IMG/VR virus record: IMGVR_UViG_3300030339_000006
Reading direction: 5' to 3' (one strand)
DNA from: a virus
Length of the DNA stretch: 64,000 bases
The notes beneath the pieces are model-generated. The model was not told where the DNA came from and searched no databases. It saw only the letters and a list, made by a program, of their open reading frames with translations. Shown piece after piece: positions 17,612 through 29,500 of the stretch (position 1 is the stretch's first letter; each line of letters starts with the position of its first letter). The position numbers were made by a program, and so were the translations under genes.

Positions 17612-18304
17612 TTACTGCAAGTCAACCGGTACTGCACGGTCGAACTCGATCTGGACGTTCTCAGCGATGACCGGAGCCTGAGCCTGAACGTTGAACTGCC
17701 AGCCGGACATCATGCAATACTCGAGGTACGCAGCACCCAGAATCTTACCACGAAGACCAGAAGTGCCTTCCGAACCCTTGGTCTTGAACAGCATCAGCAG
17801 ACCGAACGGTACCGCCATGGTTTCTGAGTCAAGGTTCAGGTACAGGTTAGACACGCCCGGAGCCTTCGTACCCTGTGCATCCAGTGTATACTTACCGGCA
17901 AGCAGAGAGTTACGGTTATATGATTCCTGAGTCAGGACCTTCAGAAGGTTCTGCTGGTCAGCAATCATTGAAGAGATCTGCATTTGGCTGATCGTCTTAC
18001 CGCGGGTGAAGAACGAACGGTTTGAACCGATTTCGAACATACGCTGCAGCTGTGCACTGGCAGAGAAGCTGAATGAATCGATCAGACCGATTGGGTGCAG
18101 CTTCGTAGTATCGCTACCGATACCTGTAAAACGGGCCGGACCGGCAAACAGAATCGTGGTATCTGGGGTTGCTGAACCCTGAGAGAAACGCTCCAGGCCA
18201 TCACCAGAGGCCAGACCATCGACGTACTCACCTTTCCAGTCCCAAGCAGCTGATAGACCTTCGTTATCAGTAGCAACGCCCAATGCGTCATTTGGTGTAG
18301 ACAT
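17612..18304 (-). CDS. Tail tube protein
   Basis: PIGLIDSFSFS...QRMFEIGSNRSFF; downstream of the sheath with its own TAAAAT motif. Confidence 0.7.
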   Translation of the reverse strand: MSTPNDALGVATDNEGLSAAWDWKGEYVDGLASGDGLERFSQGSATPDTTILFAGPARFTGIGSDTTKLHPIGLIDSFSFSASAQLQRMFEIGSNRSFFTRGKTISQMQISSMIADQQNLLKVLTQESYNRNSLLAGKYTLDAQGTKAPGVSNLYLNLDSETMAVPFGLLMLFKTKGSEGTSGLRGKILGAAYLEYCMMSGWQFNVQAQAPVIAENVQIEFDRAVPVDLQ

Positions 18305-18366
18305 GTTTAATTCCTCTTGTTAGTTGTACTGATTTTACAGTCCACTCGTAATCCATCATAACTCCT

Positions 18367-18387
18367 AAAAGGGGCCCGAAGGCCCCC
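18367..18387 (-). terminator. Terminator after sheath
   Basis: GGGGCC-TTCG-GGCCCCTTTT on the minus strand. Confidence 0.75.
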
Positions 18388-18391
18388 TCCG

Positions 18392-20506
18392 TTAGATCAC
18401 CAAGTGGATGTTGGTGTAGTTGTTCGGATCGACGATGCTGGTGTTCATGATCAGCTCGATCGTGTCTTTCGACGTAGCGCTCTGAGCCAGGCTCACGATC
18501 GTGTAATCGATCAGTGGAGCACCGATACGCGGCAGCTTCTGGGTCTTCAGGTTCTCCGACGCCGAGATGATAGTCTGGCGGATTACACGCAGAGTATCGT
18601 CGATGATGTTCCAGCTACCGATGAATGGATCGACCAGATCCTTGTAGAAGTAGGACAGGTAGTCCCAGTTCTTCACTTTCAGGATCTCGCGGTATTCCAG
18701 GACGGTCATGTCCGTGGTCAGTTCGTGACGGCAGTACGGCGGAGCCGACTGGTTGTCCTGCACGAAGATACACGTACCGGCAGCCGCCATGGTATCCAGA
18801 TCATCGCTACCGAAGTAGTAGTTGCTGTTCTTCAGCGTTTCGATCCCGGCCACAGTCAGGTTCGTAAAGCCCTGCTGTACTGGGAACCCTGCACCCATCC
18901 CTGCCAGAGCACACGCCAGGAAGTACGAAGGAACGTACTTAACGACGGAGTTCTCGGTCACACCAACCAGGCACGGCATCACGTGTACGACACGGTTGCT
19001 GGCGAAGTTAGAGGAGATCGCAGCGATGTTCTTGGCTTTGCTCGGAGCGTCCAAGTTACGGTAGATCTCGAACTGAGTCACGTTGGTTTCAACTTCAGGG
19101 ATATAACCGGTTTCGCCGGTCAGGCCTGTTTTGACACCCAGCGTGGTGTTGCTGTAGATCGTATCGATCTTGAATGCACCCTCAATGGTCGCATCTTCTG
19201 CGTCGATGATAGAGAGCATGTCGCCAGACTCGATGCCGTCGTTCAGGAAGGTTGCCCCTGGAACGGTCAGGATCATGTTGTGACGGCCAGCAGAGTCACC
19301 GATAGAGCTCTTCGTCAGAGCGTAAGAACCGGTGAAATCACCCAGGTTCAGAACGTCGCTCGGATCAGAAGATACCAGGGCCATACGCCACATGCCTTTC
19401 AACGGATCGGACATCTGAACGGCGTGTGCTTTAAACGCAGTCAGAACGGCCATCTGTGAAGTCAACGGCACCATGTAGTACAGGCGTTCGTTTTCGATCA
19501 GCTGCAGAGCGGCTTGGTAACCGGCCTGAGAATCTTCTTCGATCGCTACCGCACGGACGCTGGTAGTGGTGTTCGCCATCGTGATGCTCACGCCCAGGGC
19601 CAACGGGTTGGTCGTGGTCGGTGAACCCAACTGTGACTTCAGGTCGCCAGCGGTCTGAGTGATCGTCATGATCTCACGAGACTTGTCGATACGCAGAGCA
19701 CGGTAACCGATGTACGACTGAAGGTTTGCACCACCATCCTGAGCCGGTGAACGTAGGGTATACGAACCGTCTTCAAGCGGGGTGTTCAGCAGCTGGTACT
19801 GGTTGCTGATCTTCAGGACTTCCTGGCCCAGGTAAATCTGGGAAACGTCAACGTCGTCCGCGTTTACACGGAAGATATTCACGTCGATGCCGGTGAACAG
19901 GTGGTACACTTCGAATTGAATCGTCTGTGTAGCATCCAGAGCGGCCAGCGAATCGGTCACTGACAGGGTCAGTTTACCGGCAGCCAGGCTCACGGAAGAG
20001 ATCGTAGTTTTCACTACGTGCGTACCGTCACGGGCAATCAGGCTGTCGCCAGAACGAACGTGTGCACCCTTGTCACCCAGAGCCATCAGGGCCAGTGGGT
20101 TTGCGTCTGCGAAACCGAACTTAACGGCAGAGACGTCAACGGTGAACTTCGACGCAGTAGCCGGTTCAGCGAAAGTCAGGGATACTGCTGGGAACGCGTA
20201 GGTACGAACCTTGGCATTCATCAGGTACAGTTTGATTGACTCGTCGTTCACGACCTTCTGACCCGGATAGGTCGTATTGCCGTTGATCGCCAGATCAATC
20301 ATTTTGCGTGCATCGCCAGTTTCAAACCAGTTAGCAACTTCGGTCGCCTTCGAGTTAGCCAGCGTGGTTTCGCTGGTAGGATCGATCGTCACTTCATTGT
20401 AAAGTGGACCGATAATGACCGCTTGGAGATCTGGCGTGACGTTCGCCGCTCCACCAGAGTTTTCCAACTCTTGGTACACCGCGGTACTAGGTTTTCTGTA
20501 AGCCAT
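18392..20506 (-). CDS. Contractile tail sheath protein
   Basis: MAYRKPSTAVYQE start; C-terminal sheath-like ...CRHELTTD...YREILKVKNWDY; 704 aa; precedes the tube. Confidence 0.8.
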   Translation of the reverse strand: MAYRKPSTAVYQELENSGGAANVTPDLQAVIIGPLYNEVTIDPTSETTLANSKATEVANWFETGDARKMIDLAINGNTTYPGQKVVNDESIKLYLMNAKVRTYAFPAVSLTFAEPATASKFTVDVSAVKFGFADANPLALMALGDKGAHVRSGDSLIARDGTHVVKTTISSVSLAAGKLTLSVTDSLAALDATQTIQFEVYHLFTGIDVNIFRVNADDVDVSQIYLGQEVLKISNQYQLLNTPLEDGSYTLRSPAQDGGANLQSYIGYRALRIDKSREIMTITQTAGDLKSQLGSPTTTNPLALGVSITMANTTTSVRAVAIEEDSQAGYQAALQLIENERLYYMVPLTSQMAVLTAFKAHAVQMSDPLKGMWRMALVSSDPSDVLNLGDFTGSYALTKSSIGDSAGRHNMILTVPGATFLNDGIESGDMLSIIDAEDATIEGAFKIDTIYSNTTLGVKTGLTGETGYIPEVETNVTQFEIYRNLDAPSKAKNIAAISSNFASNRVVHVMPCLVGVTENSVVKYVPSYFLACALAGMGAGFPVQQGFTNLTVAGIETLKNSNYYFGSDDLDTMAAAGTCIFVQDNQSAPPYCRHELTTDMTVLEYREILKVKNWDYLSYFYKDLVDPFIGSWNIIDDTLRVIRQTIISASENLKTQKLPRIGAPLIDYTIVSLAQSATSKDTIELIMNTSIVDPNNYTNIHLVI

Positions 20507-21096
20507 TATGCTTGTTCCTCACTGGTTGTTAGGTGTATGTTACCGAGAATCTTCTTCAGAAGAATAGTATCAGGGGTGTAATTCCACCGGTCTTCTACAC
20601 TGTACGGTATCTGTACCTGTATTTTAAATTTCTCTTTGTCTTCCGTGATCGCTTCGCACTCAGAAATTGCAATCTGGTGACCGAAACGCAGGAAGCCAAA
20701 CTCGGATTCGAACATCGGGCGATTGCGTACGACTAACCGGCGGACACCTTCTGCTAACACTTCGCAGGTTCCTTCACGATCAGCCTCGACAATCACCAGG
20801 ATAGAGCTGTTAACGTCCTGACGCATCCCTTTCGTCGGCAACTGTTGTGGACCCTTAACGGATTCCTCGGAGTTGTTGATGAATTGAACCTGCTGTTGCA
20901 AGGCGCCTCTCTGGACGAGGATGCGTGGCATTTTCTGCGTGGCTTCATTACTATTATAATCGTTTGCCGAGGCAATCACGATTTTATTCAGCTTGACGTC
21001 AGCACTCCACGCAAAATCTCCCCCGTACATCAAGAACCACTGACGGACAGAGTCTCGGAACATTGTGACCGCCATCAGCGGCGTGTAGTTGATCAT
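20506..21096 (-). CDS. Putative tail terminator/completion protein
   Basis: MPRILVQRG motif; immediately upstream of the sheath. Confidence 0.55.
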   Translation of the reverse strand: MINYTPLMAVTMFRDSVRQWFLMYGGDFAWSADVKLNKIVIASANDYNSNEATQKMPRILVQRGALQQQVQFINNSEESVKGPQQLPTKGMRQDVNSSILVIVEADREGTCEVLAEGVRRLVVRNRPMFESEFGFLRFGHQIAISECEAITEDKEKFKIQVQIPYSVEDRWNYTPDTILLKKILGNIHLTTSEEQA

Positions 21097-21139
21097 TTAA
21101 AACCCCCAGTTCTCTTCGAAGAAATCGACGTCCTCTGCG

Positions 21140-21253
21140 TTACACACCCCAGTTCTCCTCGAAAACGCCCCAGTCCTCTTCACGGCACTCGTTGCTGCCA
21201 CCGAAAAGTCCCCAGTCTTCCTCTGAGCGGATACCTTCGCCAAATCCTACCAT
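21140..21253 (-). CDS. Acidic EE(D/N)WG-repeat micro-protein (37 aa; apparently frameshifted, full form would end at 21097)
   Basis: RBS GAGG; MVGFGEGIRSEEDWGLFGGSNECREEDWGVFEENWGV*; a fourth repeat follows in another frame. Confidence 0.55.
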   Translation of the reverse strand: MVGFGEGIRSEEDWGLFGGSNECREEDWGVFEENWGV

Positions 21254-21260
21254 AAAAACC

Positions 21261-22151
21261 TCACTTGTGAATGTGTTTCGGGCGAACCCGAAGTGGTGAC
21301 CAGCCGCCACGTTGTAGCAGTCGGTTCTCGATCGCGACCTTCGACAGTTGGGTCAGCTTGAAGATCTGACGCTGTGGAACGGTCATCATGGTCGTATTCT
21401 GGATCATCTCCACGCGATAGATCGTGAAGTCAGTTAACCGTAAGATGATATCATGGGTGCGAACAGTTGGGTAGTTCATCGTCCACGCCATCACTTGGTT
21501 TGGCTCATACTTACCAAAATACGTGTTGCTCTTGGTCCCGGCCCATTGGTTGAACTGCAGGAGTACCGAAATACCCTTGTAGTAACCGCCTTCATAGCTG
21601 GTCCCGTAGCAGTGCTCACAGTCGTCACGGGTAACTTTCTCCGCCCGTGCATCCCAGCAGTAAGAACAACGGGTGCCGTAATCCTTCTTACGGAGCACCA
21701 CACACTCTACGCCGTAGAACTTGTCGAGCATGATCCACTCACGGCGGGTCATTTCTCTCCAACGCAGGAACTGCCAGTGAGGAAGCTTGTTCCCGATCAC
21801 CTGTGGGGATGACTTCAGGATACGCCCGTCAGACAGCTTCACCTGAAGGATGTAGAACTCACGGCCGAACTTCGACGAATCGAAGGTATTGGTCACGGTG
21901 TAGAACGGTTCCGGGAAGAAGTTCGGTGTACACTCCCGGAACGGTCCTTCTTCGTTTTCTGACAGGAGAACACGGAACTGAGGGTTCAGAGCGAGCATTT
22001 CGCCAGGAACCTCCCAGTCCATGCGGATCGATTCAAACCAATCAGGGAAGAAGTTGATCCGCACGTCGAAGTATCCCAGCTCATCACCGACGATGACCGG
22101 GACTTCGGTAAAGCCTGTGAAATCCATCCAAGATACTTCTAAAGGTCTCAT
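21261..22151 (-). CDS. Putative neck/head-closure protein with Zn finger
   Basis: CSYCW...CEHCYGT; head-tail gene block. Confidence 0.55.
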   Translation of the reverse strand: MRPLEVSWMDFTGFTEVPVIVGDELGYFDVRINFFPDWFESIRMDWEVPGEMLALNPQFRVLLSENEEGPFRECTPNFFPEPFYTVTNTFDSSKFGREFYILQVKLSDGRILKSSPQVIGNKLPHWQFLRWREMTRREWIMLDKFYGVECVVLRKKDYGTRCSYCWDARAEKVTRDDCEHCYGTSYEGGYYKGISVLLQFNQWAGTKSNTYFGKYEPNQVMAWTMNYPTVRTHDIILRLTDFTIYRVEMIQNTTMMTVPQRQIFKLTQLSKVAIENRLLQRGGWSPLRVRPKHIHK

Positions 22152-22155
22152 GCTA

Positions 22156-22584
22156 TTACCACGCTGGGAAGGTTGAGTAGTCGGAACGTACGTGTTCCCA
22201 TCCAGATTCCAGGTTCATCTGGATCTTTTCCTGCTTGGCCGCCGCCAGGAAGGCTTCACGGTAAATACCGATCATCTGAGCGTAGTACGGGAAACGTTCT
22301 TCGATCGGGATGTCCAAGCCACCATCACTATACGACATCGTGTTACGGGCCGCCAGTGCCATCTGTCCGCGGAACAGGTGGTAGATCGTCCCATCAAGCA
22401 GCGTGGTCAGGTACGGGAAGCCATCTTCTACGAAGTTGCTGCGGGGTGGCATGGCGTTATACTCAGACAGAGCAAACGTCTTGGCCAACTCCACGCGAGC
22501 ATCGTGGAATTCCACGTCGTCAAGCAGGTGGTTGTTTTCAGGATTGTCCGCCAGGTAGTCACGGACCATTTGAGTTGTCAGCAT
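22156..22584 (-). CDS. Putative head-tail adaptor/neck protein
   Basis: VRDYLAD..., YSDGGL; size and synteny. Confidence 0.55.
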   Translation of the reverse strand: MLTTQMVRDYLADNPENNHLLDDVEFHDARVELAKTFALSEYNAMPPRSNFVEDGFPYLTTLLDGTIYHLFRGQMALAARNTMSYSDGGLDIPIEERFPYYAQMIGIYREAFLAAAKQEKIQMNLESGWEHVRSDYSTFPAW

Positions 22585-22587
22585 AGG

Positions 22588-23247
22588 TTAATCCTTTGCG
22601 TCGTAGATCAAGCCGGAAACGATGTAGGAAGCTCGTTTCATTTCAGTATCGATCGACTTCATGTCCATTTCGGAGTGGTCATCTCTCCACGTGGCTAGCA
22701 GGACGCCAATCATGGTGCCATCCGCTGGGGACATCACCGGACACATGTAGGTTTTACGGGAGCCGTATTCCTCAAATTGTGTCTGGGCGACGATACTCAC
22801 GACTTCTGCCGTCTTGGCCACGAGGACACACTCGCCATTTAACAGCGGGGTCCACATGCCAGCGAAGATCGACGTGGGAATGTTCTGGAAATCCATCAGA
22901 ACTCGGGTCATACCTTTATCATCAGCTTCATAAGTACCGCTCATGTATGCGAAGCGGACACCGGTGGTGTTCTTCTTCCCATCATGCAGCTCGGCCACGA
23001 TCAAGCGGTCCGAGTTGATTCTCTCACGATACGTCTCCATCACCGGGGTAATCTTATCGTCCGCCTTCAGGCGTTTAGCCAGGGACGTGTAATACTCCGT
23101 GTTTCCGGTCAGGTAAAGGTAAGAGATCTGGTACACTAACGCCCCGCCGCCAATCATCAGCAGAAGAGTGGTGGTCATCAGGAATTTCTTCCATGAATCT
23201 GTAGCGTGAGAGATCAAGATAAGTAGGGCTCTGATCTTATTAAACAT
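22588..23247 (-). CDS. T4 gpT-like holin (single TM plus periplasmic GAF-like domain)
   Basis: N-terminal amphipathic helix and TM segment, then ...YMCPV...IGVLLATW GAF-like pattern; 219 aa. Confidence 0.6.
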   Translation of the reverse strand: MFNKIRALLILISHATDSWKKFLMTTTLLLMIGGGALVYQISYLYLTGNTEYYTSLAKRLKADDKITPVMETYRERINSDRLIVAELHDGKKNTTGVRFAYMSGTYEADDKGMTRVLMDFQNIPTSIFAGMWTPLLNGECVLVAKTAEVVSIVAQTQFEEYGSRKTYMCPVMSPADGTMIGVLLATWRDDHSEMDMKSIDTEMKRASYIVSGLIYDAKD

Positions 23248-23261
23248 AGTGGTATCCTGTG

Positions 23262-23546
23262 TTATTGTTTCTTGTACTCGTGCCTCAGAGCGGTCACACC
23301 TCCTGCGAGGGTTGCGGCCCTGGCAACGTGTGTCTTCCTGCGTTCTTTCGCGAAAGCCCGACGTTCTTCTTTCGTCCCGTATCGCTTCACGATCCGTTTC
23401 ATGATTTTACTGTCTGTCTTCGGGTGAGCAGCGGCCCGACGGAGCAGTGGATTGTTAACAGACCGTAATACATCCCGAGCATTCCCACCAGCTACCATGT
23501 TTGCGGCTTCGAGCGGCAGTTTAGCAATTCTTTTTAGTAAAGTCAT
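23262..23546 (-). CDS. Small very basic protein
   Basis: RBS GAGGA before MTLLKRIAK; Arg/Lys-rich with a C-terminal hydrophobic segment. Confidence 0.6.
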   Translation of the reverse strand: MTLLKRIAKLPLEAANMVAGGNARDVLRSVNNPLLRRAAAHPKTDSKIMKRIVKRYGTKEERRAFAKERRKTHVARAATLAGGVTALRHEYKKQ

Positions 23547-23555
23547 AGTTTCCTC

Positions 23556-23577
23556 TAAAAAGGGCCTGAAGGCCCTT
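23556..23577 (-). terminator. Terminator after the giant Ig-repeat gene
   Basis: AAGGGCC-TTCA-GGCCCTTTTT on the minus strand. Confidence 0.75.
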
Positions 23578-23581
23578 GGTC

Positions 23582-26500
23582 TTAGTTGATCTTCAGGGAG
23601 AACGCCAAACGGCACACTGCGGCACGCATTGACGGATACATCGTCGTCGCCAGACTCAGAGCGATGGTGAAAGTACCGCTGGTTGCCGAAGCACTCCACC
23701 CATTGAAACGCATCTTCAGGGTGTATTGCCCGTCTGACCCATCCGTAGTCGGTGCCAGCATCGTGCTGACAGCACCACTGTTACGCGGACCTACGATGTT
23801 GGACACGGACTGGGAGGCGATCGCAGTACAGGTCACACCGGTCAGTGGAGCCCCTTGATCATCCAGTAACTGAATGAAGTAATCCGGCAGATCCTTGGCA
23901 GGATACGGACCTGTATTACTCGTCGTGGTGTACACCGGTGATGCTGGGTTCTGTGTCACGTACGGAGCTCGAGTGATCGCAATCGGATCGCAGAAAGCAA
24001 CACCCACGGTATTACTCGGCGTCGTCATAGACCATTCTACCGTCACGTTTGGCTTCGGTATAGCGAAGGCGGTTGGGGTATAGATCATCAAGCCTGTAGT
24101 ATCACTATAAGAACCCCACGAACCTGAGAAGTTCTGCCCGGCAGCTCCGGTGTAATCCAGAATACTCATTGCACCCTGCGTCTGCTGGTTTCCGCCACCG
24201 GTAATTGACACCGGAGACTTGTCCGAGTAGATCGTACCGTCTACGATACCACGAGGGTATGGCCAGGCGATAGACGTGACCGTAACCGGTACGGTGTAAG
24301 TCTGTCCACCCCGAGTGTACGTCAAGGTCAGTGATTCCGCCACTGTAGCAACAGTACTGCCTACACCGTATGCAGAACAGATCGCCACCGGTTTGTACAG
24401 ACCGATTGACGTATCCTGACAAGTCCACGATCCAGTAGAAACGGTGTGGTACGTTCCGGCAGAGAGCCCAGTGATTGTCGCATCCGTAATAATGCCTGAG
24501 ACATCACGCAGGATAACCCCGATGACACGAGAGAGACCTTTGGCGCTACGGGTCGTTGCCGTAGCCGGAGAAAACGCTGTCCAACCTTTAGTTCCAGTGC
24601 TCGTAGAGTAACCTCCGACAGAGTCCACCAGTGCCAGGCCGCTGAACGTACCGCTCGTGGCGCTCGGCGTGAAGTGAATCACGTAGATCCCGGTAGCCGC
24701 GTTCGTCAGGTCCAACGTTTGGTTAGCGACAGCGTTAGATACCGTAATCGTGCCGGCGTAAGTGTAGAACGGAGCCGGGATCGCACCCCACATTACTTGG
24801 AGACGCATGCTGTTCGTTGTACCGATCAGGAACGAGGAGTCTAACCAAGTGACTGTCGCCGCCACGTTAACGTGAGCTGTACCTTTCACGGTATACACAC
24901 GGGTACCGACGTTCGACCCTTTGTTGATCGTCGTCTTGAACTCATAATCGTATATCATCGCGTCTGGCAGAGAACTCAGAGAGAACCCGAAGGAAACGCT
25001 GCTAACGCTGCCCTTGGCCGCCGGGGTAGTACCTGCGATGTAGTTCGTTCCGCGTGGCGTTAATTTCAACGACGTCGTATCCACGGTACCGATCAGAGCG
25101 GAGGTAGTAGCAGATACCCCGGCGTCATAAACCAGAGCGTTGTAGATCGTGTTAGCCAGCGTTGGACGGTTATCCCCGTTGACGAATGAGGTTAACAGGT
25201 AGCCCGCCGTCACGAATCCAACCACACGGGTCGTTACGCCACCGTCGGTCACGTCGATAATCACTACACCGTCCTGGCCGTTACACTCATACGGAGCCGT
25301 TACGGCCATCGTGTAAGTGCCGTCACCCAAGCGAGTTACTGCAGAGACCGTCAGGATACGGGAATTGCTCGCATCATAAGTCGCAGAAGCCGAGAAGGCC
25401 GCCCCGCCGATCGCCGTCATGGTGAACGGAAGCGTGGTCGTTGCTGTCTGAGCGTGAATGTCCGTCGCACCGGTCAGTGTCATCGGAGACGTGTCGACTA
25501 CCGGAACAGTGATCGTCGAGGTGTACAGCGCCCCTGACCACAGATAAGTCACGTCGAGATTCTGAGAACCGGCCGCCGTCGGCGTCACGTTCAGGGTATA
25601 CACCCCGGCGGTAATCGGCGTAAGCGTTCCACCCGCCGCTACGTTTCCGTTGATCGAAGAGAGTGTCGCTCCGGTCACGTTCGTAGAACCCTGCTTGATT
25701 GTCACGTTCAGTGTCGCTGGCAGGTTCTTCGTCGCCGTCCCCGAGGTCAACGCCATGATAGGCAGTACGCCCGCCGCAATCGTCGTCTGGAAGGTCAGCG
25801 TCTGCGTGGTCCCATTAATGGTCACGACCAGGCTCACGTTGATCGGATCCGAGTAGGCGGAAGTGCTCACCGTTAAACGGTAAGTCCCGGCCGACTGAGA
25901 GATCACACCCAGAGTCTGTTGGTACGCCCATACGGAACGGCTGGTGATGGTCACAGAGACGAAGGTCACTGCGTCGGTCACAGCCACGCCGGCACGGGTC
26001 AACGCCAAGTCGAGGTTGGTGTTGGACGTGTTGGTCGCCAGAACGTTAGTCCCCGTCGCCACTACCGGAGGTTGAACCGGTACTTGGGTCGTGAAGGACA
26101 GCGGGTAATCGATTCCGGCAAGCGTGGCCGTGAAGGTCACAGTCGCTGTACCACCGGCACCGTTCGTCACCACGTTCGGGATAGAATACTGTCCGCTCGC
26201 CGAAGCATTGATCACTAGGGTGGTACCCGCAGAAACGATCGGTGGGCCAGAGACCACGATGTTCTTCGCCGTCGCCGGAGTCAGCAGGGTAACTGCGGAG
26301 TCTCCACGTTTCAGCTGCATTGCCAGGCTCTGCGTAGCGTTGTACGTCATCGTGACGATAGACGCGGTGATCGCCGGCAGGGCCGCTACCGTGATTGGCA
26401 CGTCGTACGTTACCGCGTTCCCATTCACAGTCCCTGAAACGGTGGCGATGACAGTCCCTCCCGAGTTGTTCAAGATCACGTTAGGAATCGAGTAGTACTG

Positions 26501-29500
26501 GTTAGTGCTGTCCGCGTACGTCATAGTCTGCGGAGTCGTCGGTGAGTACACCGCGGTCCCCGACAGGGTCACGACAGGGTTAGTTAGCACCGCAGGATCG
26601 GTTCCTAAGAGGGATTGGATCGTCAGCGTGCTGGCACGTTCAGGCACCAGAGGGTTTCCCGCCAGTACCGCCGTCCAGTTTTTAGCCACTTCGGCAGTCC
26701 CGACAAAGGATAGATCATAGTCAACCCCCTTATCGTTCACCGTGAAGGACACGTTCACATCACCCCCCAGCCCGTTGGTAGTCACGTCAATGCTGTATCG
26801 CCCACCGGATTGAGATACTGTTTTCACTACGGTGTCTGCAGAGACTACGGGGGTACCGTTCACGACAACATTAGTGAAGGTTAAAGCGTTTGTAACGACG
26901 ATGAAGTGGTTATTACGCGTCATCCTAAAGATGAGAGGTGTGGTGGTATTCGCCGGAAGTGTCACGGTAGGGGTTACCTCAGGCGGTACGGCTTGAGGCT
27001 GATATACGTCTACGGATAGGCTATGGTAATCTACGCCATTGGTGGAAGCGGAGAAAGCCACTGTAACCGTGCCTTCTTTGTTATTTGTGATTGCCGAGGT
27101 TGTACCGTATAGGCCACCTGCAAACGCATTGATAGTAGTAGGTGCGTAGCTGATAGGGTCTCCGGTAACCAGTACGTTACGGAAACTCACAGTATTAGTA
27201 GGAGACGCTCCATCGATTGTCAGATAGAAGTAAATCGCCTGCGTTGAACCCGGTGATAAATCGGAGTTTGCAGTCGGTCTTACCGCCCATACGCCCGCCG
27301 CCGCTGAAACGGTGGTGAAGCTGATAGGGTATACTGTCCCGTTAATAGAGACGCTACAACCGATTGTAATTACTCCGCCCAATCCATTGGTGTTTACGGT
27401 GACCTTGTAGATCCCCTGTGAGGCATTGGAAACGGTGAACCCGGTGAAGGAGTTAACTGAATCCCCTGTGACCGTACCGCGGGTTAGGCTGCCGTTTGTT
27501 ACGGGAACGCCACCTTGCTTCAACGTGAAGAAGACCGTCTGACTCAACTCTGCCTTCAGAGGGTTCGTCACATCATAGATAGAGGGTGCCGCGACATCCA
27601 CGTTTACCATCTTGGAATACGTGTAAGTGATACCGTCGATCAGAACGGTCCCCGCGAAGGTCACCGTCCCCACGTCTTCTCCGGTAGTCACCCCTGAAAT
27701 GTTCCCCAGGCCGCCTGTGGCCGGCGTAAGCACAGAGGAGTCCAAGGATACGAATGCGGCTCCTGAACCTGCCACAGTGCCGCTGGTGAGCTCCATGACG
27801 GCTCCATCGACCAGGAATGCCAGTTGGTAATCCTGCTTGACGCCACCTTTCAGATTTTCCCCGGCGTTTACCGTCAGTGGTTTCATCGCTTCAGTGTATG
27901 AGCTGATCAGAACGCTGAACGCGTAGCCCTGAATCGTGATCGTGGTGGCAATCTGGAAGTTTCCGCCAACAGAGTCACCGGTCGCGGAGTTCAGTTGGTA
28001 GATACCGTTCGGAGCATCGACTGCAGAGAAAGTCCTCAGGTACGACGCTACACCAGAACCTGTGAGGGTTGCCGGTCCGAAGGTCGCTTTGGTCACAGGT
28101 ACGCCAGCACGGGTCAGTTTGAACTGAATCGGGGACGTTACCGTTGGACGTAAGTGCCCTGCTGCCGCTGCCAGTGGATCGGCGATAGCCGTTACCGGTA
28201 CGCTGAAGGTCAACGTCTGAGAGTAACCCTTGATCAGGCCTACTGCGGTCAGCACCAAAACGCCGCCTTTACCGTTCACGTTAACGTCCAGCCAGCTGTA
28301 AGCACCCATACCAGTGTTCGTTACCGCACCTTTAGAGATCAGAGCAGTTCCGGTCAGAGTGAAGGTCGGGCTGGTCATCGTGATCGGTTGGCCATCCAAA
28401 CGAATTTGGAAAGGAAGATTCGACGTAGTCTCCCCCACTAGAGTGGTACCGGAGGACAGCGTCGCTTGGTTTAGCTTAGCTGCAGAGGTCGTGAACGATA
28501 CTGGATAGGTAATCCCGCCGACTTGAACGTTCATCGATACCGAAATACTCCCACCCTTTTCATTTGTGGTGATACTTAAGCTATACACGCCATTACCGAC
28601 TTCAATGAGAGACGAGCCATATCCATTCACAGGAGTCCCTGATGCCACAATACTTCTCGGGACGAGTGTAGCCCCCAGCACTGGTTGGGCAAGGCCGGTC
28701 AAAAGGTCTTGCGTCAGAGTGAAGTTTTGGGTCTGAGAATCCGCAGCCATCAACGTGTTAGTCGCTTTCGAAATCAGAGGGACTTTTACAGCCTGCACGG
28801 TCAGGTCGTTTAAAGTGAACTTGCGGTTCTGATAGCGAATCACAGGAGAAATTGTGATCGGGCCACCTTTCTCGTTCGTCTTAATCGTGATTGCATAACG
28901 ACCTGCGTATTCGTCGATAACTTTAAAGGACTGCACAGAATCCCAGGCTGCACCGGAGACAGTAACGCTGTCTAAGGTCACTTCCTGAACTGCGTTGCCG
29001 TCGGCTTTCAGGTTAAAGATGACGTCCGTCGTAGAGTTAGCATCGACGTCCGTCGTTTCCTGAGTCATGATGATCTCTGGCGGGTCCATCGAAACGACAC
29101 CGAACGGGACGGTTACTTCCCAACCATCGAAGTCGTACGTGAAGGACAAATTACCTTCGAACGGCGTGCTCTTAGCGACCGCGTTCATGCTGTAGGTCAT
29201 TGACGGTAAGTTATCCAGACGGAAGTCGTCGAGCTCGGTAAACGCGTCGTCATAAGTGTAGGACTTCAGCGTAGGGACAATCTCAGAAGGTCTGCCAGCC
29301 AGCCAGATGTCAAACTTCAAGCGGAATTCTGCTTCAGTATAGAAAGAAGAATTGTAGGCGAGCATTTGAACTACCGGAGGGTTTACCGTCCAGTGTAGCT
29401 CCCGGTCAAACGTACGGTTCTTCATGCTCTCACTGGTAAAGGTGAAAGTTTCAGTGAAAGCCGCAGGAAGTAGTGGCGTCTGTGTTACGATAAGCCAATA

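Noticed and set aside
18404-19459. Long plus-strand ORFs antisense to sheath, RNAP, portal and spike (e.g. 18404, 43236, 49568, 51461, 54946, 16428), and minus-strand ORFs inside the helicases
   Set aside because: Shadow ORFs from codon bias on the opposite strand of well-supported genes; no RBS or motifs.
16178-20506. PAAR/spike/tube/sheath as a bacterial T6SS or tailocin
   Set aside because: Capsid, portal, terminase and protease are present; no T6SS membrane complex.
21104-21220. Short spaced repeats as a mini-CRISPR array
   Set aside because: Repeats are only 11 bp with irregular 21-43 bp periods and are explained by a peptide repeat; no cas genes.
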